From: a virus
Length of the DNA: 64,000 nucleotides
IMG/VR virus record: IMGVR_UViG_3300046002_008717
Span: 32,001-96,000 of that record
Strand: one strand, 5' to 3'
The position numbers were made by a program, and so were the translations under genes. The notes under the pieces are model-generated. The model saw only the letters and a program-made list of their open reading frames with translations, did no database searches and was not told where the DNA came from. This document shows, in pieces, positions 38,138 to 47,074 of the stretch (the stretch's first letter is position 1; every line of letters starts with the position of its first letter).

Positions 38138-38159
38138 ATCAGTAAAAAAAATGTAAACC

Positions 38160-40904
38160 ATGGATTTCATAAATCAAGTTAAAAAAGTAAAAGCAATGAC
38201 AAAATCACCTGAAGTTAAAGCTTTGTGCGAAAGTTTCCTTAATGGGGAATCAATTTCTAAGGATGAAATAGCATCTACCATAAATGAGGCTATATTATCT
38301 GAAGGTATGGAAAATACCGATACCAACGTACAAGGTATAGATTTAATCAGGAAAGAAGAAAATGAAATTTCTAAAAAATCAGCAGCAGCTCTAATGGAAT
38401 CTTGGTCTGGAATTGGTAGAGTTTCTTCAAATAATGCAGGTTCTTATATAGGAAAAAAAGAGCCAGTTAATGAAGATAATGCATTACTTGAAAGTATTTC
38501 TAATTTAGCATCTGATGATTCTGTTGCTAATTCATTTATACAATCACAGGGAGTAAAAAATCTAGGGATTAGAGATGCTATATCTCAAATAAAAGAATCG
38601 TCAATATACACATATCCAAAAGCTAAAATAGTTTGTGAGCAATATGAAAATTTATTAGATGTTAGAAATATAGGAGAATTTGCATTGATCCACAATTTTA
38701 TAAATGAGCTTGATGGGTTTATATGGGATTCTACTGTATCTGCTATATCTGAAAAATTAAAAGCTACCTCAGATAAACTTAGCAGAGAGATACAAGTTGC
38801 ATATGTTTTGGAAAGTATTAAAACCAGTGGTAATTCTTCATTCTATTCAGATTTATCATTAACTTTGAATGAATGGATGGTTTCTGAAAATAAATCTAAT
38901 GGTCTTTTAGTTAAATCTATTTCTAAATTTTCATTTAATCCTGTAGTTAGAAATCTAATAAACTTTTTAAATATCAATGAAAGCACTGATAATAGAAAAC
39001 TGAATTTACCTGTTAATACTCAAGGTGAATCTGGAGTATCTAGCGTGTATTCTCCTGTATTGTTCGAAAATGGGAAAACTTTTTTCTCTATAGGACAAAG
39101 TATATTTGAAGCAGATAAAAATGAATTGAGAAAAATACCTAATGGAGAAATTTCTGAGGTTCCTAGTGATTATATAAAAGTTCTAAAATCTGTTAATAAA
39201 TCAAATGTTAAAATTAACGAAAATGGAATAAGTATACAATTCGGTAAAAAAACTGTTAGATTAACAGAGGAAAATGAAAATGTATCAGTATATCTAGGTA
39301 ATACTAAATTGAAATTTGGTGATAGCGCTACATTAGCAAAAATAATAGGACTCGAAGCATCAACATATTTAGGTGTCGATGAATCTATTATAGTTAACGA
39401 TACTGTTGTATTATATGAAAATTATTCTAATATAGTTGAATTGGATTTTGCCAAAACTATAACATCAAATATCTATGAAGGTGTTTCTATTAATCTTTTA
39501 AAATGGGATAATAAAATATATCTTAATAGAATAAACGGAACTATGAATGAAAATTCATTCTATAAAGTAAATGGAACACAAGCAGTTTCTATGGTTAAAA
39601 AATATATGGGATATGATATCTCTGAAGGTTTAACAGAATTCTTGGAAGGCGAAAATAAAATAAAATCTATCATGATAAATGATAGAAATAAAATTTTAGA
39701 AAATATAACTAAAATAGAAGGCGAAATTTCAAAAATCCAAAAATTAGTAGAATCTAATGTAATATACAGAAATTCCAAAGAAATATCTGCTGCTAGTATA
39801 ATGCTAGAAAAAGAATTAGGGATATTGAAATCTAAATGGAATGATGTAAATAAAGAAATAGTAAAAGTTGAAAAAGATATAGTTGGTATTGATATATCAA
39901 ATCTTTTCGAAGACGAAAAATTTTCTTTAGGTTCTTCTATAAAAATTAAAGAATCAGGTGAAACTGGTAAAATAATGTCTATTGATGCTACATCTGGTAG
40001 ATATACAGTTTTATTAGATAATGGTAAAACTTCTAATTTTTTTGTTAATGAAATTAGTGATATAAAAGAAGCTGCTAAAGAGGAGGAGGAAGAAGAAACT
40101 AAACCTGCTGAAGATTCAGAAAAAGCTGCAGATAGTGCCGAAGGTGAAGCTGAAGGCGATGAAGTTAAAGAATCTAATAATCTAAATAAATCGGAATTAC
40201 CAATATCTGATCAAAAGAAACTATTAAAAAGTTTTGCTGATTTACATGGATTTGCTAAAGCACCAGGATCGGAAAAATCAGAGATTAAGATAGAATTAGA
40301 TTCTTTGCATGGTTACAATATAAGTATGAATGAATCTAAAGAAGTAGTTGTACCAACTTTAGCAAAAGCTCCTGGAAATAGTAATTTAAATAAAGGAAAA
40401 GACGAAAGTCCAAAAACTTTGGCAAAAGCTCCTGGAGATGATAAGAAAGTAAAAGGAAAAACAGTAGGTACTGCATCTTTATCGGAAGCACCTGATGATA
40501 GTAACAAAGATGTTAAATTTGATGCCAACGATGAGAAAGATACTAAATATCCAATAGGCTATAATATAAAAGAAGGAGCAGTTGCTGATGATACAGTGGA
40601 ACAAATAATCGATGACGTAACTCCTGAAGACATAATAGAAATAGCGGAAGATCTAGCTAAAGATCTTGGTGAAACTGAAGAAACAGAAGAAACCGAGGAA
40701 ACTGAAGAAACTGAAGAAACTGAAGAAACTGAAAAGGTAGAGGAAACTGAAGAAACTGAAAAGGTAGAAGAAACCGAAGAAACTGAAAAGGTAGAGGAAA
40801 CTGAAGAAACAGAAGAAACTGAAGAAACTGAAAAGGTAGAGGAAACTGAAGAAACTGAAAAAGTTGAGGAATCAGAAGAAACAGAAGAAGTAAAAAAAAA
40901 ATAA
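38160..40904 (+). CDS. Large acidic head-associated (prohead core-like) protein with a Glu/Thr repeat tail; possible -1 frameshift extension to 41053
   Basis: Many (L/I)xE sites (LCES, INEA, LMES, LLES, INES, LFED), AKAPG repeats, ETE repeat. Confidence 0.55.
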   Translation: MDFINQVKKVKAMTKSPEVKALCESFLNGESISKDEIASTINEAILSEGMENTDTNVQGIDLIRKEENEISKKSAAALMESWSGIGRVSSNNAGSYIGKKEPVNEDNALLESISNLASDDSVANSFIQSQGVKNLGIRDAISQIKESSIYTYPKAKIVCEQYENLLDVRNIGEFALIHNFINELDGFIWDSTVSAISEKLKATSDKLSREIQVAYVLESIKTSGNSSFYSDLSLTLNEWMVSENKSNGLLVKSISKFSFNPVVRNLINFLNINESTDNRKLNLPVNTQGESGVSSVYSPVLFENGKTFFSIGQSIFEADKNELRKIPNGEISEVPSDYIKVLKSVNKSNVKINENGISIQFGKKTVRLTEENENVSVYLGNTKLKFGDSATLAKIIGLEASTYLGVDESIIVNDTVVLYENYSNIVELDFAKTITSNIYEGVSINLLKWDNKIYLNRINGTMNENSFYKVNGTQAVSMVKKYMGYDISEGLTEFLEGENKIKSIMINDRNKILENITKIEGEISKIQKLVESNVIYRNSKEISAASIMLEKELGILKSKWNDVNKEIVKVEKDIVGIDISNLFEDEKFSLGSSIKIKESGETGKIMSIDATSGRYTVLLDNGKTSNFFVNEISDIKEAAKEEEEEETKPAEDSEKAADSAEGEAEGDEVKESNNLNKSELPISDQKKLLKSFADLHGFAKAPGSEKSEIKIELDSLHGYNISMNESKEVVVPTLAKAPGNSNLNKGKDESPKTLAKAPGDDKKVKGKTVGTASLSEAPDDSNKDVKFDANDEKDTKYPIGYNIKEGAVADDTVEQIIDDVTPEDIIEIAEDLAKDLGETEETEETEETEETEETEETEKVEETEETEKVEETEETEKVEETEETEETEETEKVEETEETEKVEESEETEEVKKK
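40671..40890 (+). repeat. 9-bp GAAGAAACT / 27-bp tandem repeat encoding (ETE)n and ETEETEKVE
   Basis: Directly visible. Confidence 0.95.
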
Positions 40905-41052
40905 GCACTAACTTTTATTTTACTGATAGAAGTGCAAAACATTCTGATATAGGTAAAGATTTTTCTAATCCAGGTAATGGAAATTTCCAAAAAGCACCGT
41001 CTGGTAAGAAAGAAAATGACATCGAGGATGGTATAGATAAACCTAAAAATTA

Positions 41053-41088
41053 AAAAAATGTAGTACTTTTTAGTACTACATTTTTTTT
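41053..41088 (+). terminator. Intrinsic terminator
   Basis: AAAAAAATGTAGTACT-TTTT-AGTACTACATTTTTTT. Confidence 0.85.
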
Positions 41089-41092
41089 ATAT

Positions 41093-41120
41093 GAAATCTT
41101 TTAGTATTTTTAACTAAGAT
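41093..41120 (+). promoter_or_regulatory. Putative ECF-type promoter GAAAT-N16-CTAAGAT driving the late sigma gene
   Basis: Variant of the recurrent motif, directly after a terminator. Confidence 0.5.
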
Positions 41121-41137
41121 TGATAAAGATAAATACT

Positions 41138-41497
41138 ATGGCAAAAGAATATGTAAAAAATAGCGAATTATTAATTGCTATAATAGAATCAAAAGAAAAA
41201 GGAGTATTAACTTCCGATACTATAGAAATGTTTGATCTTATAATAAATGGGATTTCTAAAAAAATGTCATATAAGGATCCTAACGACAAAGAAGATTGTA
41301 TGGCATTTGCTATGGAGGATCTTTGTAAATATTGGAATAGATTCAATCCTGAAAAATCTAATAATCCATTTTCATATTATACTCAAATAGCTAAAAATGG
41401 TTTTGCTAAGGGGTGGAAAAAAATTCATCCTCCAAAAAATCCTAAAACTATCCCATTCAGTTATATAACGGGTGATGATAATTCATATAATATCTAA
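41138..41497 (+). CDS. gp55: Late-transcription sigma factor (T4 gp55-like); start probably 41138
   Basis: YVKNSELL, FNPEKSNNPFSYYTQIAKN matches gp55-family YV.N..F/L and F.P.KS.NPFAY.TQI. Confidence 0.85.
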   Translation: MAKEYVKNSELLIAIIESKEKGVLTSDTIEMFDLIINGISKKMSYKDPNDKEDCMAFAMEDLCKYWNRFNPEKSNNPFSYYTQIAKNGFAKGWKKIHPPKNPKTIPFSYITGDDNSYNI

Positions 41498-41505
41498 ATT
41501 TTAGT

Positions 41506-41991
41506 ATGAGCAATATAAAAAAAATAAAGCCTAACGGATTATACAAAAACGGATTATTCGAACCAAGAAATCCCGATAAGTATGTAGGTGATATACATAA
41601 TATAATATATAGATCCTCCTGGGAATATAGATTTTGTAAATATTGCGATAATACCGAATCTATAATTAAGTGGAGTTCTGAACCTATAGGAATAGACTAT
41701 TATAATCCGCTTGATAAAAAAGAGCATGTGTATCATGTTGATTTCTATATGAAGGTAGTTAAGGAAGATAATACTGAGCAAGATTGGATAATAGAAATTA
41801 AACCAGAAAACCAAACAAAAAAACCCGTATATGTCGGATCTATAACAGAACCAAAGTTAAAATCATATAATAGAAATATGGGAATTTGGATAACGAATCA
41901 ATCTAAATTTAAGGCAGCAAAAATATGGGCCGAAAAAAGGGATTTTCGTTTTGGAGTAATAGATGAAAACTTTCTATTTAATAGCATATAA
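41506..41991 (+). CDS. Head completion nuclease (T4 gp4-like, TnsA-N fold)
   Basis: P.NP.KY.GD, YRSSWE, WSSE, Y..DF, IEIKP, NQ.K..AA. Confidence 0.88.
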   Translation: MSNIKKIKPNGLYKNGLFEPRNPDKYVGDIHNIIYRSSWEYRFCKYCDNTESIIKWSSEPIGIDYYNPLDKKEHVYHVDFYMKVVKEDNTEQDWIIEIKPENQTKKPVYVGSITEPKLKSYNRNMGIWITNQSKFKAAKIWAEKRDFRFGVIDENFLFNSI

Positions 41992-42013
41992 AGAGATCTA
42001 CTTGCACTAGACC

Positions 42014-42025
42014 GATATATAAATA
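42014..42025 (+). promoter_or_regulatory. Putative late promoter GATATATA (also contains T4-like TATAAATA)
   Basis: Upstream of the portal pair. Confidence 0.65.
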
Positions 42026-42042
42026 AATAAATAAATAAATAA

Positions 42043-43686
42043 ATGGCAGGTTTCATAGATAATAATACTCCGCAGGCATCACCGGTCGTACAAAAGATAA
42101 GGGATTCTGTTAAAAAACTTAGCAAATTTGGAATGAAATACGATGACATGGTTATTCGTAATTCCCAAGCTGTTGGTGTAACCGAAGCAGCGTTCCTAAA
42201 TAAATCCAAAACAGATGCTGAAGACGAGAGTATGATTTATACTCTTGCGAAACAGGATATAACATCTAGACAATTTATATCTTATTTTGATAAAGATTAT
42301 AAAGCAAAGAGAGATTATCTTCGGACATTTTCATTGAATCCTGAAATCGAATGGGTATTGGATACTATTTGTGATGAGTCCATATCTTATGATCCTTCTA
42401 ATTTTTTTGCATATCCTTCATTTATTGACTTAAGTAATCTTAATGAGAAAATCAAAGATGATCTATATGAAGTATATAAACAAGTATATGACGTATGGGG
42501 ATTTAGTGATGATATAACAGCATGGCAATATTTTAGACAATTCGTTGTTGAAGGATTTCTTGCGTTTGAGATTGTATACGATAATGATGGAATCAATATC
42601 ATAGGATTTAAAGAACTTGATGCAATAACATTAATTCCTAGTGTAGAAAAACAATTAGACGGATCATATTTAAGTGTATGGATACAATATCCTCAAGATA
42701 TCAAAAGAAAAAGGATATTATACGAACCCCAAATTATTTATATGTCCTATGCTAAGGGCAATTCTATATCTAGAGTAAGTTACATGGAAAGATTAATCAG
42801 ACCATATAATATACTTAGAATAATAGAATATACCAGAGTTATTTGGGCAGTTATGAATGCATCTTTTAAATTGAAGATGACTATTCCAATCGGTACAAAA
42901 TCACAGCAAAAAGGGATGCAAACTCTGGGTGAGTTAATGAGCATATACAAGGAAGACATACAGCTAAATGACGAAAGCGGAGAGCTTACAGTAGACGGAA
43001 GACCAAAAATGCAATTTTATAAAAATTATCTTATGCCTTCTGGTGTAAATGGAACACCTACAGTGGAGCCAATAAATACTGAAGGACCTAATTTAAATGA
43101 TATGCAACCTTTATCATATTTCTTTGATAAGTATATACTAGAATCTAAAGTACCCCCGTCCAGGTTTCATAATCCAGATGGTGGTAGTACATCTTCATAT
43201 TCTAATGGTGCAGAAGGATTAGATAAGGAAGAAATAAGATTTGCTAAATTCATTTCGAGATTAAGATCTTCATTTCAGGATATTCTTTTAAAACCACTTT
43301 GGATACAAATGGTTAAAAAACACGAAGCCCTTGCTAACGATTTTGCATTCAAAAGTCAGCTAGGATTGGATTATTGGTCTGATAATCCGTTCAAACTAAA
43401 TCAGGAAATAGCTAAAATGACCTCTAATAAGGATGGTATAATTGCTATGGGCGGATTAATGGGTGATGATGAAACCCCATTTTTTTCTAATGGTTTCCTA
43501 ATAGAATCATATTTGGGATTATCTAAAAATGATATCGATGCTAATAAGGAAGCAATAGCTAGAAAGAAAAAAAATAAAAAAACAGCGGGAGCACCTGCAT
43601 CTGAAGAAGCATCACCAGAAGGTGAAGCTCCAGAAACAACTCCAGAAACGGAAGGTGCACCTCCAGCTGAACCAGTAACACTTTAA
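42043..43686 (+). CDS. gp20: Portal protein, paralogue 1
   Basis: PEIE..LD.I.DE, SY.ER.I.PYN.LRI.E, KVP.SR, EEIRFAKFI.RLR..F. Confidence 0.88.
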   Translation: MAGFIDNNTPQASPVVQKIRDSVKKLSKFGMKYDDMVIRNSQAVGVTEAAFLNKSKTDAEDESMIYTLAKQDITSRQFISYFDKDYKAKRDYLRTFSLNPEIEWVLDTICDESISYDPSNFFAYPSFIDLSNLNEKIKDDLYEVYKQVYDVWGFSDDITAWQYFRQFVVEGFLAFEIVYDNDGINIIGFKELDAITLIPSVEKQLDGSYLSVWIQYPQDIKRKRILYEPQIIYMSYAKGNSISRVSYMERLIRPYNILRIIEYTRVIWAVMNASFKLKMTIPIGTKSQQKGMQTLGELMSIYKEDIQLNDESGELTVDGRPKMQFYKNYLMPSGVNGTPTVEPINTEGPNLNDMQPLSYFFDKYILESKVPPSRFHNPDGGSTSSYSNGAEGLDKEEIRFAKFISRLRSSFQDILLKPLWIQMVKKHEALANDFAFKSQLGLDYWSDNPFKLNQEIAKMTSNKDGIIAMGGLMGDDETPFFSNGFLIESYLGLSKNDIDANKEAIARKKKNKKTAGAPASEEASPEGEAPETTPETEGAPPAEPVTL

Positions 43687-43690
43687 TAAT

Positions 43691-45313
43691 ATGGCAGGAT
43701 TTTTAGATTTCTTAAAACCAAATCAATCAGCACTAGGTAATATAATAAAAAACTTAGGAGCTGTTGCTAAATTTGGTATGCACTATGATGATATGGTTGT
43801 GAAAAATTCACAAGCAATCGGTAAAACAGAAGCTATGTTTGCTAATCAGGATTCTAGCGGACTTACTTCAAATGATGCTTTTTATTGGACTGCATCATAT
43901 CAAGATACTAAAGTTAAAAAATATATTGCTTATTTCGATAGAGAGTACATAGAGAAAAGAAACTATCTTAGAAAATTTTCAATAAACGGAGAAATCGAAT
44001 TTATCTTGGACGTATTAACAGACGAGGCTATAGTTTATGACGATAGAAATTATTTTGCATATCCATCTTTTGCAAATTTAGATGTAAAAGACAATATAAA
44101 AGAAAAATTGACTTCGCATTATAATAGATTATATTCGGTTTTCCAATTTCAAAATACTATACTTGCTTGGCAATATTTTAAACAATTTTTGGTTGATGGA
44201 TTTCTTGCTTTTGAAATAATATATGATAATAAGGGTAAGGAAATAATAGGATTTAAAGAATTGGATCCTTCCTCATTGCAACCAGTCGTAGAAAAGATAA
44301 AGGAAAATGAATATAAACAGTTTTGGATCCAATATCCAGGTAATCCTCAAATGACCAGGAAAATAACAAATGAACAGATTATTTACATATCATATGCTAA
44401 AGGAAATACTATATCAAGAGTTAGTTATGTTGAGAGATTAGTTAGGTCGTATAATATATTAAGGATAATGGAGAATTCACGAATTATTTGGAATGTTATG
44501 AATTCCTGTTATCGTATGAAATTTATAATCCCAATTGGTACGCAATCACAGCAAAAAGCAATGCAAAATCTGGGGCAATTAATGGCTAATTATAAGGAGG
44601 ATATAACTATAAATGATGCATCTGGTGAATTAACTGTTAATGGTAGACCTAAGGTTCAGTTTTATAAAAATTATTTATTTCCTGAAAATAATGGGGTTTC
44701 CCCTGAGATATCGTCATTAACCCCATCAGGCCCAGATTTTAATGTCATGGAAAATGTACTATATTTCTTTAATAAATTAAAGATGGATTCTAAAATACCA
44801 TATGCTAGATTTGCTTCCAAAAATGGTACACCCGCAAATTATCAGATAGCAATAGATCAATTAGAAAGAGACGAAATAAGGTTTGGTAAATTTCTTAGAA
44901 GAATTAGATCAATATTCCAAGAATTATTAATTAAGCCTCTTTATATACAGATGTGTTTAGATCACCCAGAATTAGCAAAGGATAGAGCATTTAAAGCAAA
45001 TTTGGGCCTTAAGTTTTGTAGCGATAGCGAATTCGAGGAAATGGTCGAGATGACAAATTTTACAAAACGTAGTGAATTCATTAAAGGACTCGGAGAACTT
45101 AAAAATACCGGAACGGTCGCTGAGGGCGAAGAACCTGATTCATACTTTGATAATGAATTTTTAATACAAAGATTTTTGGGTATGAACTTGGATCAGTTGA
45201 AAAGTAACGAAAGATATAAAAAGGAAGAAGCTGCTGCAGGAAAGAAAAAAGAAGAACCAGAGGAGGAACCAGAAAAGGGAACAGGAAAGGAAACTCCAAA
45301 GGTAACATTATAA
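43691..45313 (+). CDS. gp20: Portal protein, paralogue 2
   Basis: EIE..LD.L.DEAI, F.VDG, YNILRIMENS, KIPYAR, RDEIRFGKF..RIR..F. Confidence 0.88.
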   Translation: MAGFLDFLKPNQSALGNIIKNLGAVAKFGMHYDDMVVKNSQAIGKTEAMFANQDSSGLTSNDAFYWTASYQDTKVKKYIAYFDREYIEKRNYLRKFSINGEIEFILDVLTDEAIVYDDRNYFAYPSFANLDVKDNIKEKLTSHYNRLYSVFQFQNTILAWQYFKQFLVDGFLAFEIIYDNKGKEIIGFKELDPSSLQPVVEKIKENEYKQFWIQYPGNPQMTRKITNEQIIYISYAKGNTISRVSYVERLVRSYNILRIMENSRIIWNVMNSCYRMKFIIPIGTQSQQKAMQNLGQLMANYKEDITINDASGELTVNGRPKVQFYKNYLFPENNGVSPEISSLTPSGPDFNVMENVLYFFNKLKMDSKIPYARFASKNGTPANYQIAIDQLERDEIRFGKFLRRIRSIFQELLIKPLYIQMCLDHPELAKDRAFKANLGLKFCSDSEFEEMVEMTNFTKRSEFIKGLGELKNTGTVAEGEEPDSYFDNEFLIQRFLGMNLDQLKSNERYKKEEAAAGKKKEEPEEEPEKGTGKETPKVTL

Positions 45314-45353
45314 AAATAAAAGGGAAATATTTAACATATTTCCCTTTTATTTT
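45313..45353 (+). terminator. Intrinsic terminator after the portal pair
   Basis: AAAATAAAAGGGAAATAT-TTAAC-ATATTTCCCTTTTATTTT. Confidence 0.85.
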
Positions 45354-45363
45354 ATTTTTAATC

Positions 45364-45385
45364 CCGTATTATAGATTTATATTTG
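45364..45385 (+). promoter_or_regulatory. Putative host (Bacteroidota-type) early promoter CCGTATT-N7-TATATTTG
   Basis: Same as 32792-32813; heads the ligase/clamp-loader operon. Confidence 0.65.
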
Positions 45386-45404
45386 TAATAAATTTATATA
45401 ATAT

Positions 45405-46742
45405 ATGATAAAAGAATTAAGACTGCTAAGAGAGATGGAATCTCTTGTTGGAAATGGATCGCAAAAGGCAAAGCAAAAAATAATAAGCGATAATATAACG
45501 GAATCTCTTTCCTATCTATTGAATATTTGCTTTAATCCATTCATTACAACAAAACTCAATAAGATTAAGTTTAACGATGAAATATCAGAAGTTAATCATA
45601 ACCAGTGGGCAATTTTTGTAGATCTCTTAGAAGAACTAAAATGTGCACCAGCAGCTAACGATACGCTACGTATCAGAGCTAATAATCTAATATCAACAAG
45701 AATATCTGATGATCCATTGGAGGATATAGAACTTCGTACGATATTGATGAAGGTTATAACAAAAAGCATGAATATTGGTATAGGTGCTAAATTGATAAAC
45801 AAAGCTCTTGGCAATGAATTGATACCGGATCCTTCTGTTATGCTAGCCACCGATAATAGGGAAACCATAGAAAAATGGTCAAGAATATACTGTGAAGAAA
45901 AATATGATGGCGTCAGGGTAATAGCATTATTAAAAAATGGAGAATTTACGTATTTTACTAGAGCTTTTAACGAGTTAGATGCATCTAGACTTTCCCGTAT
46001 TACTTTTGCATTAAAAACAGCAATAATAAATAGCGGAAAAAGTATAATTGGCGATTGGTTTTTTGATGGCGAACTTACCGATTTGAATAGAAAATCAGTA
46101 AGTGGGAAAGTTACGCAGATATTAAGAGGTACTGCAGATAAGGATATAGATGAAAATATGCTTTTTAATGTTTTTGATTTCGAGGAAGCTGTTACATTGT
46201 CAATAGGAACAGGTGTAATCGAATATGTTGATAGAAGAGCAACATTAGAGAAAATACTTTCTTTCCTTCCGGAAGAAAGCCACGTAGTACTCGGGAAAAT
46301 GTGGGAATTGGAATCAGCTGATGGTATAGCAGAAATATATCAAAGAATAGTAAACGAAGGTGGCGAGGGAGTTATATGTAAAGATAATAGTGTTTATGAA
46401 TGTAAGCGTTCTAAATCTTGGGTAAAGATAAAAGAAATAAGCGAATGTGATCTTGAAGTTATAGGTTGGTATCCAGGAGAGGGAAAAAGAACTGGGTTTA
46501 TTGGTGGATTTATATGTACTGATGCATCAAAAACTGTTAATGTTAAAGTTGGCTCCGGATTTACAGACGAAGATCTTAAATCCCTTAGCATATCTCCCGA
46601 TGATAATATAGGAAAGATTATAGCTGTATTATATAATGTCGTGATAGAGGATAAACATAAAAATAGATCTTTATTTTTACCCAGATATGTAGTTACTAGA
46701 TTCGATAAGGATAGTCCGGATGATCTATCAAATAAATATTAA
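45405..46742 (+). CDS. lig: ATP-dependent DNA ligase
   Basis: EEKYDGVR (motif I), DGEL, VFD, EGVICK, KIKE, KVGSGF, SLFLPRY. Confidence 0.95.
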   Translation: MIKELRLLREMESLVGNGSQKAKQKIISDNITESLSYLLNICFNPFITTKLNKIKFNDEISEVNHNQWAIFVDLLEELKCAPAANDTLRIRANNLISTRISDDPLEDIELRTILMKVITKSMNIGIGAKLINKALGNELIPDPSVMLATDNRETIEKWSRIYCEEKYDGVRVIALLKNGEFTYFTRAFNELDASRLSRITFALKTAIINSGKSIIGDWFFDGELTDLNRKSVSGKVTQILRGTADKDIDENMLFNVFDFEEAVTLSIGTGVIEYVDRRATLEKILSFLPEESHVVLGKMWELESADGIAEIYQRIVNEGGEGVICKDNSVYECKRSKSWVKIKEISECDLEVIGWYPGEGKRTGFIGGFICTDASKTVNVKVGSGFTDEDLKSLSISPDDNIGKIIAVLYNVVIEDKHKNRSLFLPRYVVTRFDKDSPDDLSNKY

Positions 46743-46760
46743 TAATAAAATAAATAAAAT

Positions 46761-47060
46761 ATGGGAATGTCTACGCGAATATCATGTTATATTTCTGATA
46801 AGGATGCAACTTATCAGAAATATAAGGAAGTATTGCTGGTATGTAATGCAGCAAAAGTCGATTTACCGAAGGAAGTAGCTGATTATTTTGGGTATAAGTA
46901 TCCCGAACTTTGTGCTCTTGAGGAAAAATTGGAATTAGATTTGGAGGAGGGTGTTCATTATTATGAAGCGGAGGGTCATGAGATGGAAGAAGGTTTTGAT
47001 GTTATACTGGCTAATCTTCCTGTAGGTGCATATAAATTACGATTTACTAATTCCTATTAA
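46761..47060 (+). CDS. Hypothetical protein
   Basis: Clean ORF within the operon. Confidence 0.7.
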   Translation: MGMSTRISCYISDKDATYQKYKEVLLVCNAAKVDLPKEVADYFGYKYPELCALEEKLELDLEEGVHYYEAEGHEMEEGFDVILANLPVGAYKLRFTNSY

Positions 47061-47074
47061 TTTTTAAATAATAT

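Noticed and set aside
40559-40990. Antisense Ser/Val- and Phe/Leu/Gln-rich ORFs
   Set aside because: Reverse-strand shadow of the ETE repeat
41506-41991. Tn7 TnsA transposase
   Set aside because: Motifs and context (next to portal and late sigma) fit the T4 gp4 head-completion nuclease; no other transposon genes or ends
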